DNA of 64,000 nucleotides from Candidatus Latescibacterota bacterium (GTDB lineage Bacteria > Latescibacterota > UBA2968), in the NCBI GenBank assembly GCA_965207885.1, contig OZ242311.1, forward strand, positions 1,024,001-1,088,000. The letters are read 5' to 3'. Under the pieces are notes generated by a model that did not search any database, had not been told where the DNA came from, and was given only the letters and a program-made list of their open reading frames with translations. This document shows positions 43,271-53,468 of the stretch, piece by piece (the first letter of the stretch is position 1; the number at the start of each line of letters is the position of its first letter). Made by a program: the position numbers and the translations under genes.

Positions 43271-44536
43271 TTAGCCCCGTACCAAAGTGTCTGCTGTTTG
43301 CAAGATGATTTCCTCTTCGCCCTGATATGGCGCGGGTTCTCCGTAATACGGATAGGCATTGGGTTCGTAACCGCCTTCTTCGTATTGCCGCTCTGTACAC
43401 AAATATCCCACTTCGTCATTGGCATAGCCCACGGGCCACAGGTCCCCGCTGATGTTCCGCAGTCTTTTTTCCATTGCATGCCCAATTTCCTGCACGGGTT
43501 CGCCCGGTATGGTAATGAGTGCTATTGGTCCTATCTGCATCAGTTGCATTTCGGTGGGTTTTTCAGATGGGACAGTGCCTGACGCCACCATGTCCAGGAC
43601 CTTTCTTGCCCAGGGGCCTGTCAATAGTTGTCCGCGTTCGCTTTCGTCTGTTGCCATTTTTTTTAGTTCGTCTTCGGGCATCAGGTCGCCGAATGGAATG
43701 GCGATGTCGGTGCGGCGAGCAGATATGCCTTGTGCACTCCTGGTATTCAGTCCTGTAGCTATGCGGCAGACCTCATCGCCGAGTTCGTGACCACACGCGT
43801 CCAATTGTTCTCTGGTGGCGGATGCAAATCCCCCGGTTTCGCTCAGGATGGCGGGGCGGATGTTGCCGAAGCATCCGGGTAAGAAGAGTGCTTTGCTACC
43901 GAGGGTTTGTTCAATTCGGCTGCGAGCTATGCCGGGGTAATCGGGCGAGATGATGCCGTTGGAACCGCTCAATGTGGTCGGGTGACATGCGTAGTGGAAT
44001 AATGTGGCGAGGGGGGTGCCGTTTTCTCCTGTTACGTGTAAAACCCGTACGCGGCGATCGACGATTCCGCCGTAGTTCAAGGTCATGCTCGAGGCTCCGG
44101 GGAGCGGACGGCGGTTGATGTTGAAATGCGCGGATCCACATCCGAGACCAAGGGTTACGGGCTGGAGATTTGTGGCTGCTTCGGCTATGCACGCGGCGGT
44201 GGTTTCGACTATGCGATCCATATATTCGGGGTCGGGAGTCCCGCCCAAACACGGCAATGTGGCGAGGGCGCAGTGCGTGTGGCTGCACGCTACCATTACG
44301 CTGTCTCCCGGGATAATATTTGCCACTTTCGCCCGGATTCGGTCAGTGGTGGCTTTTGTTATGCCGATGACGTCGAGTGTGGCAATGGCTATTTGTGCGT
44401 CTCCGTCGGCAAAGACTACTGCCCGTACTTCCAGAGGGTAGAGTACGGAATGCGATGGGTTGGTGTTCCAATGCCCCTGAAGCACTGGACCGGGTTCTGG
44501 CGTGATGTCTCCGCTTGCAACGCCGCTTCGGATCAT
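43271..44536 (-). CDS. Neutral/alkaline ceramidase-like hydrolase
   Basis: CSHTH, YACHPT, SPDYPG, PGEP and GYAND..GY motifs. Confidence 0.75.
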   Translation of the reverse strand: MIRSGVASGDITPEPGPVLQGHWNTNPSHSVLYPLEVRAVVFADGDAQIAIATLDVIGITKATTDRIRAKVANIIPGDSVMVACSHTHCALATLPCLGGTPDPEYMDRIVETTAACIAEAATNLQPVTLGLGCGSAHFNINRRPLPGASSMTLNYGGIVDRRVRVLHVTGENGTPLATLFHYACHPTTLSGSNGIISPDYPGIARSRIEQTLGSKALFLPGCFGNIRPAILSETGGFASATREQLDACGHELGDEVCRIATGLNTRSAQGISARRTDIAIPFGDLMPEDELKKMATDESERGQLLTGPWARKVLDMVASGTVPSEKPTEMQLMQIGPIALITIPGEPVQEIGHAMEKRLRNISGDLWPVGYANDEVGYLCTERQYEEGGYEPNAYPYYGEPAPYQGEEEIILQTADTLVRG

Positions 44537-44700
44537 GGTGGGTCTCCTGAATTTGTGCGTTCGGAATTTAATTTTTCAAATGTATCTCAGAATCGCCTTT
44601 CGCGCAATCTTCTCACACGCCATTGACTTTTGTAGTATAACACAGTAATTTTGAAATATCAATCTATGACTGTTTGAAATACCTACCATTGGAGAGAACA

Positions 44701-44907
44701 ATGGAAACGACGCTTGATGTGGCAGGATTGCCGGAAGATCGAATACAATATCTCAAAAATCTCGTTGCGATTTGGAAAGCGCGAGGTGAGAATAGTGGTG
44801 GACTACAACCCATTATCAAGCGAAAGGTAGCTTCGTCGGAATTTATCGTGAAGGATTCTGATGTTGTTGGCGGTGAAGTGACCCGAGCAATGGCGTATGA
44901 TGAATAA
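44701..44907 (+). CDS. Small hypothetical protein (orphan antitoxin-like)
   Basis: SD GGAG, 68 aa ending TRAMAYDE, located in an AT-rich insert. Confidence 0.45.
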   Translation: METTLDVAGLPEDRIQYLKNLVAIWKARGENSGGLQPIIKRKVASSEFIVKDSDVVGGEVTRAMAYDE

Positions 44908-45086
44908 TTTTGGTGACCTCTCATACCTTCTCTTACAACCAAAATTCATCCAAATGACACCCCTGAAGAGATTATCTCTCCAGGGGGTTTTAAATTTTTC
45001 AATATAGGACATCAAGTGGAATAGGCATTATCAAATTACTTGTCAGAACTCGACGAATCAGTCGTTGCCAAACACCGTGCATAAGA

Positions 45087-45115
45087 TTGCGTAAAACTGC
45101 AACATGTGCTATAAT
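45087..45115 (+). promoter_or_regulatory. Putative promoter of the HigBA-like operon
   Basis: TTGCGT-N17-TATAAT with TG extension. Confidence 0.55.
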
Positions 45116-45165
45116 TTATCGTCTCCATGCCATCTTTAAAGGATTTTAGCCATGAATAATTAGGT

Positions 45166-45513
45166 ATGTGGCCTGTTGAATTTTACCAAAATGAAAATGG
45201 ACAAGAGCCTGTTAGAGGCTTTTTGCTCTCACTTCAACCAAAGCCGAGAGGAAAGATCTTGCAGGTGATTCAAATTCTTTCAGAGTTTGGTATTGATCTC
45301 CCCTTTCCCTATTCGAGTCAAGTTGAGGGAAGGTTGAGAGAACTGCGAGCGCGTTATGGGAAAAATCAATATCGCGTTTTGTACTACGGTGATGCGAATC
45401 GAATTTTTGTCCTGTTGCACGCCTTTGAAAAGCGAAGCCAGAAACTTCCGCAAAGAGAAATTCGGATTGCAATGGAACGCATGAACGCTGATCGAGAGCG
45501 AAAAGAGGGATAA
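45166..45513 (+). CDS. RelE/ParE (Gp49/HigB-like) toxin
   Basis: LRELR...YRVLY and VLLHAFEKRSQKLP motifs. Confidence 0.88.
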   Translation: MWPVEFYQNENGQEPVRGFLLSLQPKPRGKILQVIQILSEFGIDLPFPYSSQVEGRLRELRARYGKNQYRVLYYGDANRIFVLLHAFEKRSQKLPQREIRIAMERMNADRERKEG

Positions 45514-45515
45514 AG

Positions 45516-45827
45516 ATGACCAGTGAAAAGACAAATGTTCGGATATTTCTCGAAGAACAGTTGAAAGATCGAGAAGTCGCGGAATCATTCTACCAGGGTC
45601 TTGATGAACTGCGGCTTGCAGTTAAAATTGCCCAACTGCGCAAGCAACGAGGATTGACACAAGCGCAATTGGCAGCGAAATTGGATACCAGTACACCGGT
45701 CATTAGCCGATTGGAAAACCGGGGAAACTGTACCATCAGCACCTTAAAAAAAGTCGCCGCAGCCCTGGATGCAGTTGTGCAAATTGACATCGTGTCTAAG
45801 GAAGATAGGGCAATTCAAAAAACGTGA
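45516..45827 (+). CDS. XRE-family HTH antitoxin (HigA-like)
   Basis: RKQRGLTQAQLA...ISRLEN HTH; toxin-first gene order. Confidence 0.88.
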   Translation: MTSEKTNVRIFLEEQLKDREVAESFYQGLDELRLAVKIAQLRKQRGLTQAQLAAKLDTSTPVISRLENRGNCTISTLKKVAAALDAVVQIDIVSKEDRAIQKT

Positions 45828-45886
45828 ACCTCTTCCTTCCCATAAAGTCGTTCAACAAATTTCAATTTAAGTGCAAAAGTAAAAAG

Positions 45887-45921
45887 AAAACGCCCCAGCA
45901 TCGTTGTGCCGGGGCGTTTTT
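45887..45921. terminator. Bidirectional intrinsic terminator
   Basis: AAAACGCCCC / GGGGCGTTTT between convergent genes. Confidence 0.75.
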
Positions 45922-45972
45922 GTGTATCAAGTAAACCAATTCCCATTTGTTAAATCTTTATTTGCTTCAGAA

Positions 45973-46701
45973 TCATCCAGGATATAAACAAGCCTCCTGA
46001 TGTGCCTTTACGAGATCTGCCATGCTGTTGAATTGAAAATTGTAGTTTGGCATTTCACCCGGGTCTCTGGTCGCGCCGAAGCCTTCTTCATTGGAGCGCC
46101 TGTATATCCAACAGGTGGCGAGTCCGTTTTTGTTCGCGGGTATGTGATCGTGGAATAGGCTTTCTGCGGTGTGTAGTATTTCCGATTTTTCAATGCCGAG
46201 CGATTTCAGGTGTTCCAGCATGTATTTGAAGTTTCGATCCGCAGGTTTGTACGATCCTATGTCTTCAGCCGTGTATATGGCGTCAAATTCGACACCGAGG
46301 CGGTCGTTGCTGTATTTGAAGCTGTGGTTATCGACGTTGGACAGGATCACGAGCTTATAGTGCTTTTTGAGATATTGTAGCGCGTTGGGAGAATCGGAAA
46401 ACGCTGGCCATTGTTTTATCGATTGGCCATAAGCGGCGCATTCATCGGGTGTGACGGCGATGCCCCATTCTTCGGCGAGGCGTTTATATACGATGGCGAG
46501 GAGTTCGGAATAGCGCATTCCCGGCGTCCAGGTTTGTTGTGTTGATTCGTGTCGCGCGTGCGCTTGAAGGATTTCATTGCGCGGCAATTTTCGTTCGACC
46601 TTTGATAGAAGCGGTTCCAGCCCTTTGATCATCCCGGTTTCCCAGTCGATAAGCGTGCCATAGCAATCGAATGTGAGGACTTTGAAATCGGTGAGTTTCA
46701 T
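45973..46701 (-). CDS. Haloacid dehalogenase type II-like HAD hydrolase
   Basis: FDCYGTLIDW, LSN, YKP and HTAESLFHD motifs. Confidence 0.85.
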   Translation of the reverse strand: MKLTDFKVLTFDCYGTLIDWETGMIKGLEPLLSKVERKLPRNEILQAHARHESTQQTWTPGMRYSELLAIVYKRLAEEWGIAVTPDECAAYGQSIKQWPAFSDSPNALQYLKKHYKLVILSNVDNHSFKYSNDRLGVEFDAIYTAEDIGSYKPADRNFKYMLEHLKSLGIEKSEILHTAESLFHDHIPANKNGLATCWIYRRSNEEGFGATRDPGEMPNYNFQFNSMADLVKAHQEACLYPG

Positions 46702-46706
46702 TTTTG

Positions 46707-47414
46707 TCAATGACACCCCAGTTGGTCGGCGAGGTCGTGAAAATCTTGGGCTATGATGTCGAAGTCCAAATCGGGGGGTAGATCTTTTTTTGCGTTGGGT
46801 CCTCGCTCAAAAGGTCGGAATACATAAGCCGTTTTCATGCCGACGCCAGCTGCATGGTGCAGGTCGCCTTGGTGAGCGGCGACCATCATGACTTCCCGGG
46901 GTTCACAACTGAGCAGTTCGATGGCTTTCAAATAGGTCTCGGCATCGGGTTTGTAATGTCCGGCCAATTCGGCGGATAAGATGCAATCCCAGGGCAGTCC
47001 GCCGTATTTCGCCATGTTGGCGAGGAGCGATACATTGCCGTTGGATAGTGTGGCGATCAGGTACCGCGATTTTAACCGCCATAAGCCGCCTGCGGCATCG
47101 GGCCAGGGATCGAGGCGATGCCAGACGCGATTGAAGTCCGCGATTTCTTCTTCGGATAATCCCGAGATGCCCAATTTTTTCAGGAGTTCGTCCAGGATCA
47201 TGCGGTGCAGGTCGTCGATTTTTGTCCAGGGTAATTCGCCCGTGCGCACGCGGTTCATGGATGGGCCATAGCCCCCGCGCCACGCATCGGCAAATGCGGC
47301 CCAATCAATGTCCAATCCCTTGCGCTCGCCCAATCGCTCGCCGTCGCGGATGACGGAACTGCGCCAATCGACGACTGTGCCGAATACGTCAAATGTCAAT
47401 GCTTTGATTGTCAT
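46707..47414 (-). CDS. Haloacid dehalogenase type II
   Basis: FDVFGTVVDW, LSNGN, YKP and VAAH..D motifs. Confidence 0.88.
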   Translation of the reverse strand: MTIKALTFDVFGTVVDWRSSVIRDGERLGERKGLDIDWAAFADAWRGGYGPSMNRVRTGELPWTKIDDLHRMILDELLKKLGISGLSEEEIADFNRVWHRLDPWPDAAGGLWRLKSRYLIATLSNGNVSLLANMAKYGGLPWDCILSAELAGHYKPDAETYLKAIELLSCEPREVMMVAAHQGDLHHAAGVGMKTAYVFRPFERGPNAKKDLPPDLDFDIIAQDFHDLADQLGCH

Positions 47415-47423
47415 TTTTGACCT

Positions 47424-48521
47424 CTACGGTACTGCACCCACTGCTTTGTTCAAAGCTGGCATTAGTTCACGGGCGAATAATTCCATGCTGTATATCCAGC
47501 TATCTTTGTCGTCCCAGTCGTAGCCCATCAGCACCAGAGTGCCAAAGGGTCCGGTTTCCTCGAACAGGTCCAGCAAGCGACGCAGTGCTTCATCGACATC
47601 GCCAGCGATGATCTGTTCGGTCATCAAATAGTCCAGATTGCACTCGGAGTCGGGCATGTCCAGGTCGCGCTTGTACACCTGGCGCCCCAGGCCCTTGTCG
47701 AATAGACGCCCGATGTACTCGTAATTTTTTGCCAGGGAATTGTGCCGCGCCTTTTTCACGGCTTCGGCTGTGGTGTCGGCGAGAAAGATTGAACGGGCGA
47801 TTTTCCAGTCGGTCCGCTGCGGTTGTCGTCCCGCCTGCAGGGCGCTCTGCTCGTAGATCTGCCAGTTGTCGGCTACCACATTGCCCGATATCAGGCAGGC
47901 GGAAAAGGGCTGGAAGCCGCGCTCGCCAGCTGTTTGCATGCTGTGTGAGTTGCGGCTCATTCCCGGCATGGCAATGGGCGGGTGGGGCTGTTGAAAGGGT
48001 TTGTGGATGAAGCCGATCTGGGTTTCTTCGTCAATATTGTCTTTGAGCTGGAATTGCCAGTATTTCCCCCGGTGCTCATAGGGTGGATCCGATGTCCATA
48101 AATTGAGGATGGCGTCAATGGCTTCCCCGGTCATTGCGCCGCCCGATTTGGGATCCAGGCCGTACAGTTCCTGGTCTGAGGTGACACTGCCCGGGCCAAA
48201 GCACAGATTGAGTCGGCCTTTGGCCAGGTGATCCAAAAAAGATAGACGACTGGCGACATAGGCGGGGTGGTGCAGGTTCAAACAGACCGGTGCCGGTCCC
48301 AGGCGGATGCTCTGAGTCTCACCCAGGGCGCGTCCGATGAAAATTTCGGGCGTGACAATGGTCTCGTACTTCATGGTATGGTGTTCGCCGATCCAAAATT
48401 CATCAAAGCCCAGTTCCTCGGCTTTGACAACGAGTTCCAAATCCTCGTCAAATCCCTGACTCAACGGCTTGTCCGGGGCGTGGAAGGGCATGATGAACAT
48501 ACCGTATTTGATGGGTTCCAT
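47424..48521 (-). CDS. LLM class flavin-dependent monooxygenase
   Basis: GFDEFWIGEHH, HHP, LDHLAKGRL and KPFQQPHPP motifs. Confidence 0.88.
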   Translation of the reverse strand: MEPIKYGMFIMPFHAPDKPLSQGFDEDLELVVKAEELGFDEFWIGEHHTMKYETIVTPEIFIGRALGETQSIRLGPAPVCLNLHHPAYVASRLSFLDHLAKGRLNLCFGPGSVTSDQELYGLDPKSGGAMTGEAIDAILNLWTSDPPYEHRGKYWQFQLKDNIDEETQIGFIHKPFQQPHPPIAMPGMSRNSHSMQTAGERGFQPFSACLISGNVVADNWQIYEQSALQAGRQPQRTDWKIARSIFLADTTAEAVKKARHNSLAKNYEYIGRLFDKGLGRQVYKRDLDMPDSECNLDYLMTEQIIAGDVDEALRRLLDLFEETGPFGTLVLMGYDWDDKDSWIYSMELFARELMPALNKAVGAVP

Positions 48522-48532
48522 AGAGGTGCTCC

Positions 48533-49237
48533 TTAATCTCCGTATTTGTTCACGATGACCAGATCAGCGGTCTCGGGGTAGATGAATTTTACGAGTAGCG
48601 AGACGCGATTGTCTTCGTCTAACAGGTTCCAGAATACATCGGCGGTTTGCTGTATGTCGTCGAATAATTCGACGGCATAAGGCTCTCCTTGGAATGAGGG
48701 CAGGGGATTGCCGTCGTCTGTATATGTTGTGATGCAGTGGCCCGTGCCGGGGATTGCGGTTTCATAATTGAAAAATTGGCGCGAACAATAGCGCGCATCA
48801 CCGCCAACAGTTTTTAAGACTGATAGTCGATAGGCTTGCGCGTCGCCCAGGTCGGTAAGGCCAGAGATGCGCGGTGTGAAATTGGGGGCGTCGGGTTCAT
48901 AAGTGCGCGTTTTTAAGGCGGATTCGAATGAGCCGCCGTTTTGCAGGGTATGGACGATGGTGTCGGTCTGGTCGCCATTTGTGACGATATGCGCGTTGCC
49001 CAGTACGCGGATGGGATAGTACATGGTCAGTGGATCAATGTCATGGGATTTATCCACAGTGTCGGTTTTTACCGCGTCGCCTTCTCGCACAAATACGCGG
49101 TTGCGACTGCTGGGACTGCGGCCCATGATCCAGTAGATTTGAACCATACATAAAGTATCAGGTGTTTGTCCTATTACGATACCTCGACCAGGATAGGTGG
49201 CGTTTTTTAAGCGGTTCATGTCGGCGTCTATGGTCAT
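48533..49237 (-). CDS. IMP cyclohydrolase-like protein (PurO/Ntn fold)
   Basis: YPGRG, IMGRS..SRNR, TNGDQTD and EPDAPNFTPRISG motifs. Confidence 0.82.
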   Translation of the reverse strand: MTIDADMNRLKNATYPGRGIVIGQTPDTLCMVQIYWIMGRSPSSRNRVFVREGDAVKTDTVDKSHDIDPLTMYYPIRVLGNAHIVTNGDQTDTIVHTLQNGGSFESALKTRTYEPDAPNFTPRISGLTDLGDAQAYRLSVLKTVGGDARYCSRQFFNYETAIPGTGHCITTYTDDGNPLPSFQGEPYAVELFDDIQQTADVFWNLLDEDNRVSLLVKFIYPETADLVIVNKYGD

Positions 49238-52086
49238 TTTGCCGTCACCCCTTCTTCGGGTAATAGGACGAATCGCGCGTAGTTTTCCAGGTTGAAATAT
49301 TGCTGTGTTGATTTCTGCACGTGTTCTGCTGTGAGTTTTTTGATGACTTCGTCTTCATACGTCAACCACGCCATCAAATCCATCTCATTCTGGTAATACC
49401 GGCTCAGTGTACTGCGCCAGTAACCGTTTTCTTTTTTGTTGGTCTCCCGCCCCCGCAGATCCATTTCGGTCACTTTGTCGATGTAGGATTGATCGACGGG
49501 TTTTTGCTTCATGCTGTCAATTTGGGCAAAGACGAGTTGCGTCAGTTCTTCCAATCGCTCGGGATCGCATCCAAAGCTGATTGAGATGCTGTATCGGCCT
49601 TCGGGCCAACGCGAAAGAGATGTGCGCACGCCAACGCCGTACGTGCCGCCCTCGTCTTCTCGGAGTAATTCTCGAAGTTTTATCTGCAGGACGTCGCCCA
49701 TTGAGCCAAAGACATACCGCCTGAATCGATCGTTGTAATCAATAGGTCCCGTGAAAATCAAACTCGTCTGACTTTTGGGTTCTTGTCCCCGTTTCACGGT
49801 TTTTTCAATGACGCCTTTTGGCGCTCTGACGCCTGTGTTGCGCCAGGTTTCTCCGCGGTTGAGCGCGGGCAAGCCGCCCAGATAGGTTTCTATCAGCGGT
49901 TTTATTTTTTCTGGCTCAAAGTTGCCGACAAATACAAATGTGAAGTCACTGGCATCGGCAAATCGGTCTTTGTAAAATGCCAGCGATTTTTGCAGGTTCA
50001 TTTCTTTTAGGATTTCGTTTGATAGCGGGCGTGACCTGACGTGGTATTGAGACATGGTAACTTGAATCGTATCGTAATAAGCTGTTGTTGGCCTCATATC
50101 TCGATTTTGCAACCTGCCCCGATAGCGGTCCAGTAGTGCTTGAAACGCCAGAGAGTCGGCACGCGGTTCCTTGAAGATGAGATAGATGAGTTGAAACATG
50201 GTTTCTATGTCTTCGGGAGACGCGCTACCCGATACGCCCTCGCTGAGGCTGCTGATGCGGGGCGATACGCGCACGACTTTGCCGGCGAGTTTTTTATTGA
50301 GTTCAATTTGATTGAATTTTCCCAGACCGCTTTCCATTATGGCTGATGTCGCTGTGGATGCCGCCATGTAGTTTTCATCGCTTGATAGAGAATGACCGCC
50401 CGGGCTGAAGGATGTGAATAGGATTTCATCGTTTTTGAAGTCCGTGGGCTTCATGACGACTTTTACCCCATTGCTCAAGGCCCATTCTGTGACGCCAAAG
50501 GTGTCGATTGTTGTTTCGCGTACGACCTTTCCCGGCGTTGGGATATTCGCGATGAGGGGGTCGTCGGATACATCTTCCACATAGGGTTCAACCTCTTTTT
50601 GCTGGACTTCGTTGATTATGTTTAACAAGTCCGCTTCGGAAGGTACAGGTAGGCTGTCTTTCTCAGGTGCGCTGACTACGATGACGCGGTTTTTGTCGGT
50701 GATCCATTCGCCGACGAGGCGGTTGATTTCTTCGACTTGAATGCTCGGGAGTAATTCACGAAATAGATCGCGTTCGATTTCAATGCCCGGAATGGGTTCG
50801 CCTGTCAATATGTGACGGATGTATTCCGATGCAAAACCGCGCGAACGGCGTCTGTCGCGCTCGCGATAAGATTGTTCGATGCTGCGCAACATGTTGGTTT
50901 TTAAGCGATCTACTTCGGGTTGCGTAAATCCGTGGCGTTGGACGCGAATGGCTTCTGTTAAGACTGCTTCCAGGCCGCGTTCAATTCCTCCTTCTTTGAC
51001 GCCTGCGCCCAGGATGTATGCAGCTTTGGTTCTGACGAGGTTTCCGCGGCTGGAGCCTGCGCCCAGAAATGGTGGATCGGGCTTTTTGGTTATTTCTCTA
51101 AATCGCTGATTGAGCATGCTGTTGAACATGTTGCGAATGAGCATGCTGCGATAATCTTCTACTGTTCCTTCGGGTGCGACATCTTGCATGAAATAGATAG
51201 CGATGGAAGATTGAGAATTTTCCGGGTCGGTTGTAATCGCAAACAGGGTTTCACCGTGGTCGGGAACCGTATAGGCGGTTCGCGCGCGGGGATTATCTGC
51301 TTTTGGTATCGGGTCAAAGGTCTTTTTGATCAGGGTTTCAATCGCGTCTGTTTCAAAGTCTCCCACTGCAATGACTGCCATGAGGTCGGGGCGATACCAG
51401 TCGCGATAAAAGCGCGTGAGGGATTCGTGCTTGAATGTGTCGAGTAGTGCTTTTTGTCCGATGGGCAAACGCTCGGCATAACGCGAGTCTTTGAGTAAGA
51501 CCGGCAATTGTTTGTCGCGCATGCGCGCTCTGGCTCCGCGTCCCGAACGCCATTCTTCTATGACTACACCTCTTTCTTTTTCGATTTCTTCGGGGTCAAA
51601 TTTTACCCGATGCGCCCAGTCGCCCAGGATGCGAAATGCTTTTTCCATTACTTCGGTGCTGTCTGTGGGCATGCGAAGCATATAGACGGTCTCGTCAAAA
51701 CTCGTGTAGGCATTTAAGTGCGCGCCAAAGCGCATGCCAATGCTTTCGAGGAAATCGATTATTTCTTGTTTGGGGAAGTTGGCCGTGCCATTAAATGCCA
51801 TGTGTTCGGCAAAGTGCGCCAGTCCCTGCTGGTCTTCGTCTTCCAGAATGGATCCCGCATTGACTACGAGGCGCAATTCGGCGCGGTTTTCCGGTCGTTT
51901 GTTTTCCCGGATTACGTAGCGAAGCCCATTTGCCAGTTTGCCCGTTCGCACAGCAGGATCGATGGGCAGGGTGGGGGATGGTGGTTGGGGAGCTGGATGT
52001 TGAGGTGTTTCAACTTCTGTCTGCGTTGTTGCACACGAGGTTATGACACACGCGCAGCAAAGTAGAATGAAGTAGTTCCTGATCAT
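49234..52086 (-). CDS. M16 family zinc peptidase (PqqL-like), lipoprotein
   Basis: HFAEH inverzincin motif, NAYTSFDETVY, lipobox ITSC. Confidence 0.92.
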   Translation of the reverse strand: MIRNYFILLCCACVITSCATTQTEVETPQHPAPQPPSPTLPIDPAVRTGKLANGLRYVIRENKRPENRAELRLVVNAGSILEDEDQQGLAHFAEHMAFNGTANFPKQEIIDFLESIGMRFGAHLNAYTSFDETVYMLRMPTDSTEVMEKAFRILGDWAHRVKFDPEEIEKERGVVIEEWRSGRGARARMRDKQLPVLLKDSRYAERLPIGQKALLDTFKHESLTRFYRDWYRPDLMAVIAVGDFETDAIETLIKKTFDPIPKADNPRARTAYTVPDHGETLFAITTDPENSQSSIAIYFMQDVAPEGTVEDYRSMLIRNMFNSMLNQRFREITKKPDPPFLGAGSSRGNLVRTKAAYILGAGVKEGGIERGLEAVLTEAIRVQRHGFTQPEVDRLKTNMLRSIEQSYRERDRRRSRGFASEYIRHILTGEPIPGIEIERDLFRELLPSIQVEEINRLVGEWITDKNRVIVVSAPEKDSLPVPSEADLLNIINEVQQKEVEPYVEDVSDDPLIANIPTPGKVVRETTIDTFGVTEWALSNGVKVVMKPTDFKNDEILFTSFSPGGHSLSSDENYMAASTATSAIMESGLGKFNQIELNKKLAGKVVRVSPRISSLSEGVSGSASPEDIETMFQLIYLIFKEPRADSLAFQALLDRYRGRLQNRDMRPTTAYYDTIQVTMSQYHVRSRPLSNEILKEMNLQKSLAFYKDRFADASDFTFVFVGNFEPEKIKPLIETYLGGLPALNRGETWRNTGVRAPKGVIEKTVKRGQEPKSQTSLIFTGPIDYNDRFRRYVFGSMGDVLQIKLRELLREDEGGTYGVGVRTSLSRWPEGRYSISISFGCDPERLEELTQLVFAQIDSMKQKPVDQSYIDKVTEMDLRGRETNKKENGYWRSTLSRYYQNEMDLMAWLTYEDEVIKKLTAEHVQKSTQQYFNLENYARFVLLPEEGVTAK

Positions 52087-52109
52087 GATGTTCCCTTTTA
52101 TTTGAGTTA

Positions 52110-53447
52110 TTATTCCGGACGCCAGGCTACATCCAGTTTGCGATGTGTAAATGTTTTGGCATTTTCGCCGATGTAATCGTCCGCAATGTGTCCTTCACCT
52201 GTTACCACGTATTTGTAGATGACGAGGCCTTCCAGACCGACGGGTCCACGGCTGTGCAGGCGGTTGGTGCTGATGCCCACTTCGGCGCCGAGGCCGTAGC
52301 GAAATCCGTCGGCAAACCGGGTTGACGCATTGTGTATGACGGATGCCGAATCCACGGCTTGCAAAAATTTCTTCGCGGCTTGCTGGTCTTCGGTTACGAT
52401 CGAGTCGGTGTGGTGGCTGCTGTATTCGTTGATGTGGGCGATTGCTTCTTCGACCGAATCGACGACTTTGACGGATAGGACATAGTCGAGGTATTCGGTT
52501 GACCAGTCGCTGTCACTGGCCGGGGTCAGGGCATCTGCGCTGGCGGCGAGGTCCAGGGTGCGGGCGTCGCCGCGGATTAGAACGCCCTGGTCGGTGAGTT
52601 GTTGAATTGCCGTGGCGAAGAAGTTTCTGGCAATTTCGGCGTGTACCAGCAGGGTTTCGGCGGCGTTGCAGACGGCTGCGTACTGTGTCTTGGAGTCGAT
52701 GGCGATGCGCACGGCTTTTTTCAGGTCGGCGTCTTTATCTACGTACACATGGCAGATGCCGTCGGCGTGCCCCATGACGGGGATTTTTGTGTTGTTCATG
52801 ATGTGTTGCACGAATTCATTGCCGCCGCGCGGAATGATCAGGTCGATGAGGTCGTGTAATTCGAGAATGCCCGCGACCTCTTCTCGCGTTTCCAGAAGGT
52901 GCATCCATCCTTCGGGGATGCCGTCCAGGTCAGCCGTTGCAGCGACCATAATTTCGGCCAGTGCGCGGTTGGTGTGAAATGCTTCGCTGCCGCCTTTGAG
53001 CATGACGGCATTGCCCGATTTTAGACATAAGGTCGCGATTTGCACCAGTGCGTCGGGGCGCGATTCAAAGACCACGCCGATTACGCCGATTGGGACGGTT
53101 ACGCGATAGAGGTTGAGGCCTTCGTCCAATTCGGTCGCGGCCTGCGTTTTGCCAATGGGGTCTTCTTGGGCTGCGACACTGCGGACGCCAACTATTATTT
53201 CACTGTCCAGCTTTTCATCATCTACTTTCAGGCGCTTGATCAGGGGGAGGGTGATTTCTCCCTGTGCCAGCATTTTTTCTGCTGCCGCCTGATCGCGTTT
53301 GTTGGCGTCTAAAATGCGATCGCGATTAACATGCAATGCCTGTGCTATGGCCTCGAGCGTGGCATTGCGCTGTTTTTCCGTTGCCTGACTCAATGCGAGT
53401 GCAGCCTGCCGTGCAGTTCTCGCCGCAGCTTTGATATCATCTGCCAT
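52110..53447 (-). CDS. proA: Gamma-glutamyl phosphate reductase
   Basis: FESRP, PRGG, CNAAETLL and NASTRFADG...GAEVGIST..LHSRGPVGL motifs. Confidence 0.95.
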   Translation of the reverse strand: MADDIKAAARTARQAALALSQATEKQRNATLEAIAQALHVNRDRILDANKRDQAAAEKMLAQGEITLPLIKRLKVDDEKLDSEIIVGVRSVAAQEDPIGKTQAATELDEGLNLYRVTVPIGVIGVVFESRPDALVQIATLCLKSGNAVMLKGGSEAFHTNRALAEIMVAATADLDGIPEGWMHLLETREEVAGILELHDLIDLIIPRGGNEFVQHIMNNTKIPVMGHADGICHVYVDKDADLKKAVRIAIDSKTQYAAVCNAAETLLVHAEIARNFFATAIQQLTDQGVLIRGDARTLDLAASADALTPASDSDWSTEYLDYVLSVKVVDSVEEAIAHINEYSSHHTDSIVTEDQQAAKKFLQAVDSASVIHNASTRFADGFRYGLGAEVGISTNRLHSRGPVGLEGLVIYKYVVTGEGHIADDYIGENAKTFTHRKLDVAWRPE

Positions 53448-53468
53448 GTTTCCTCCTGAAATATCTAA

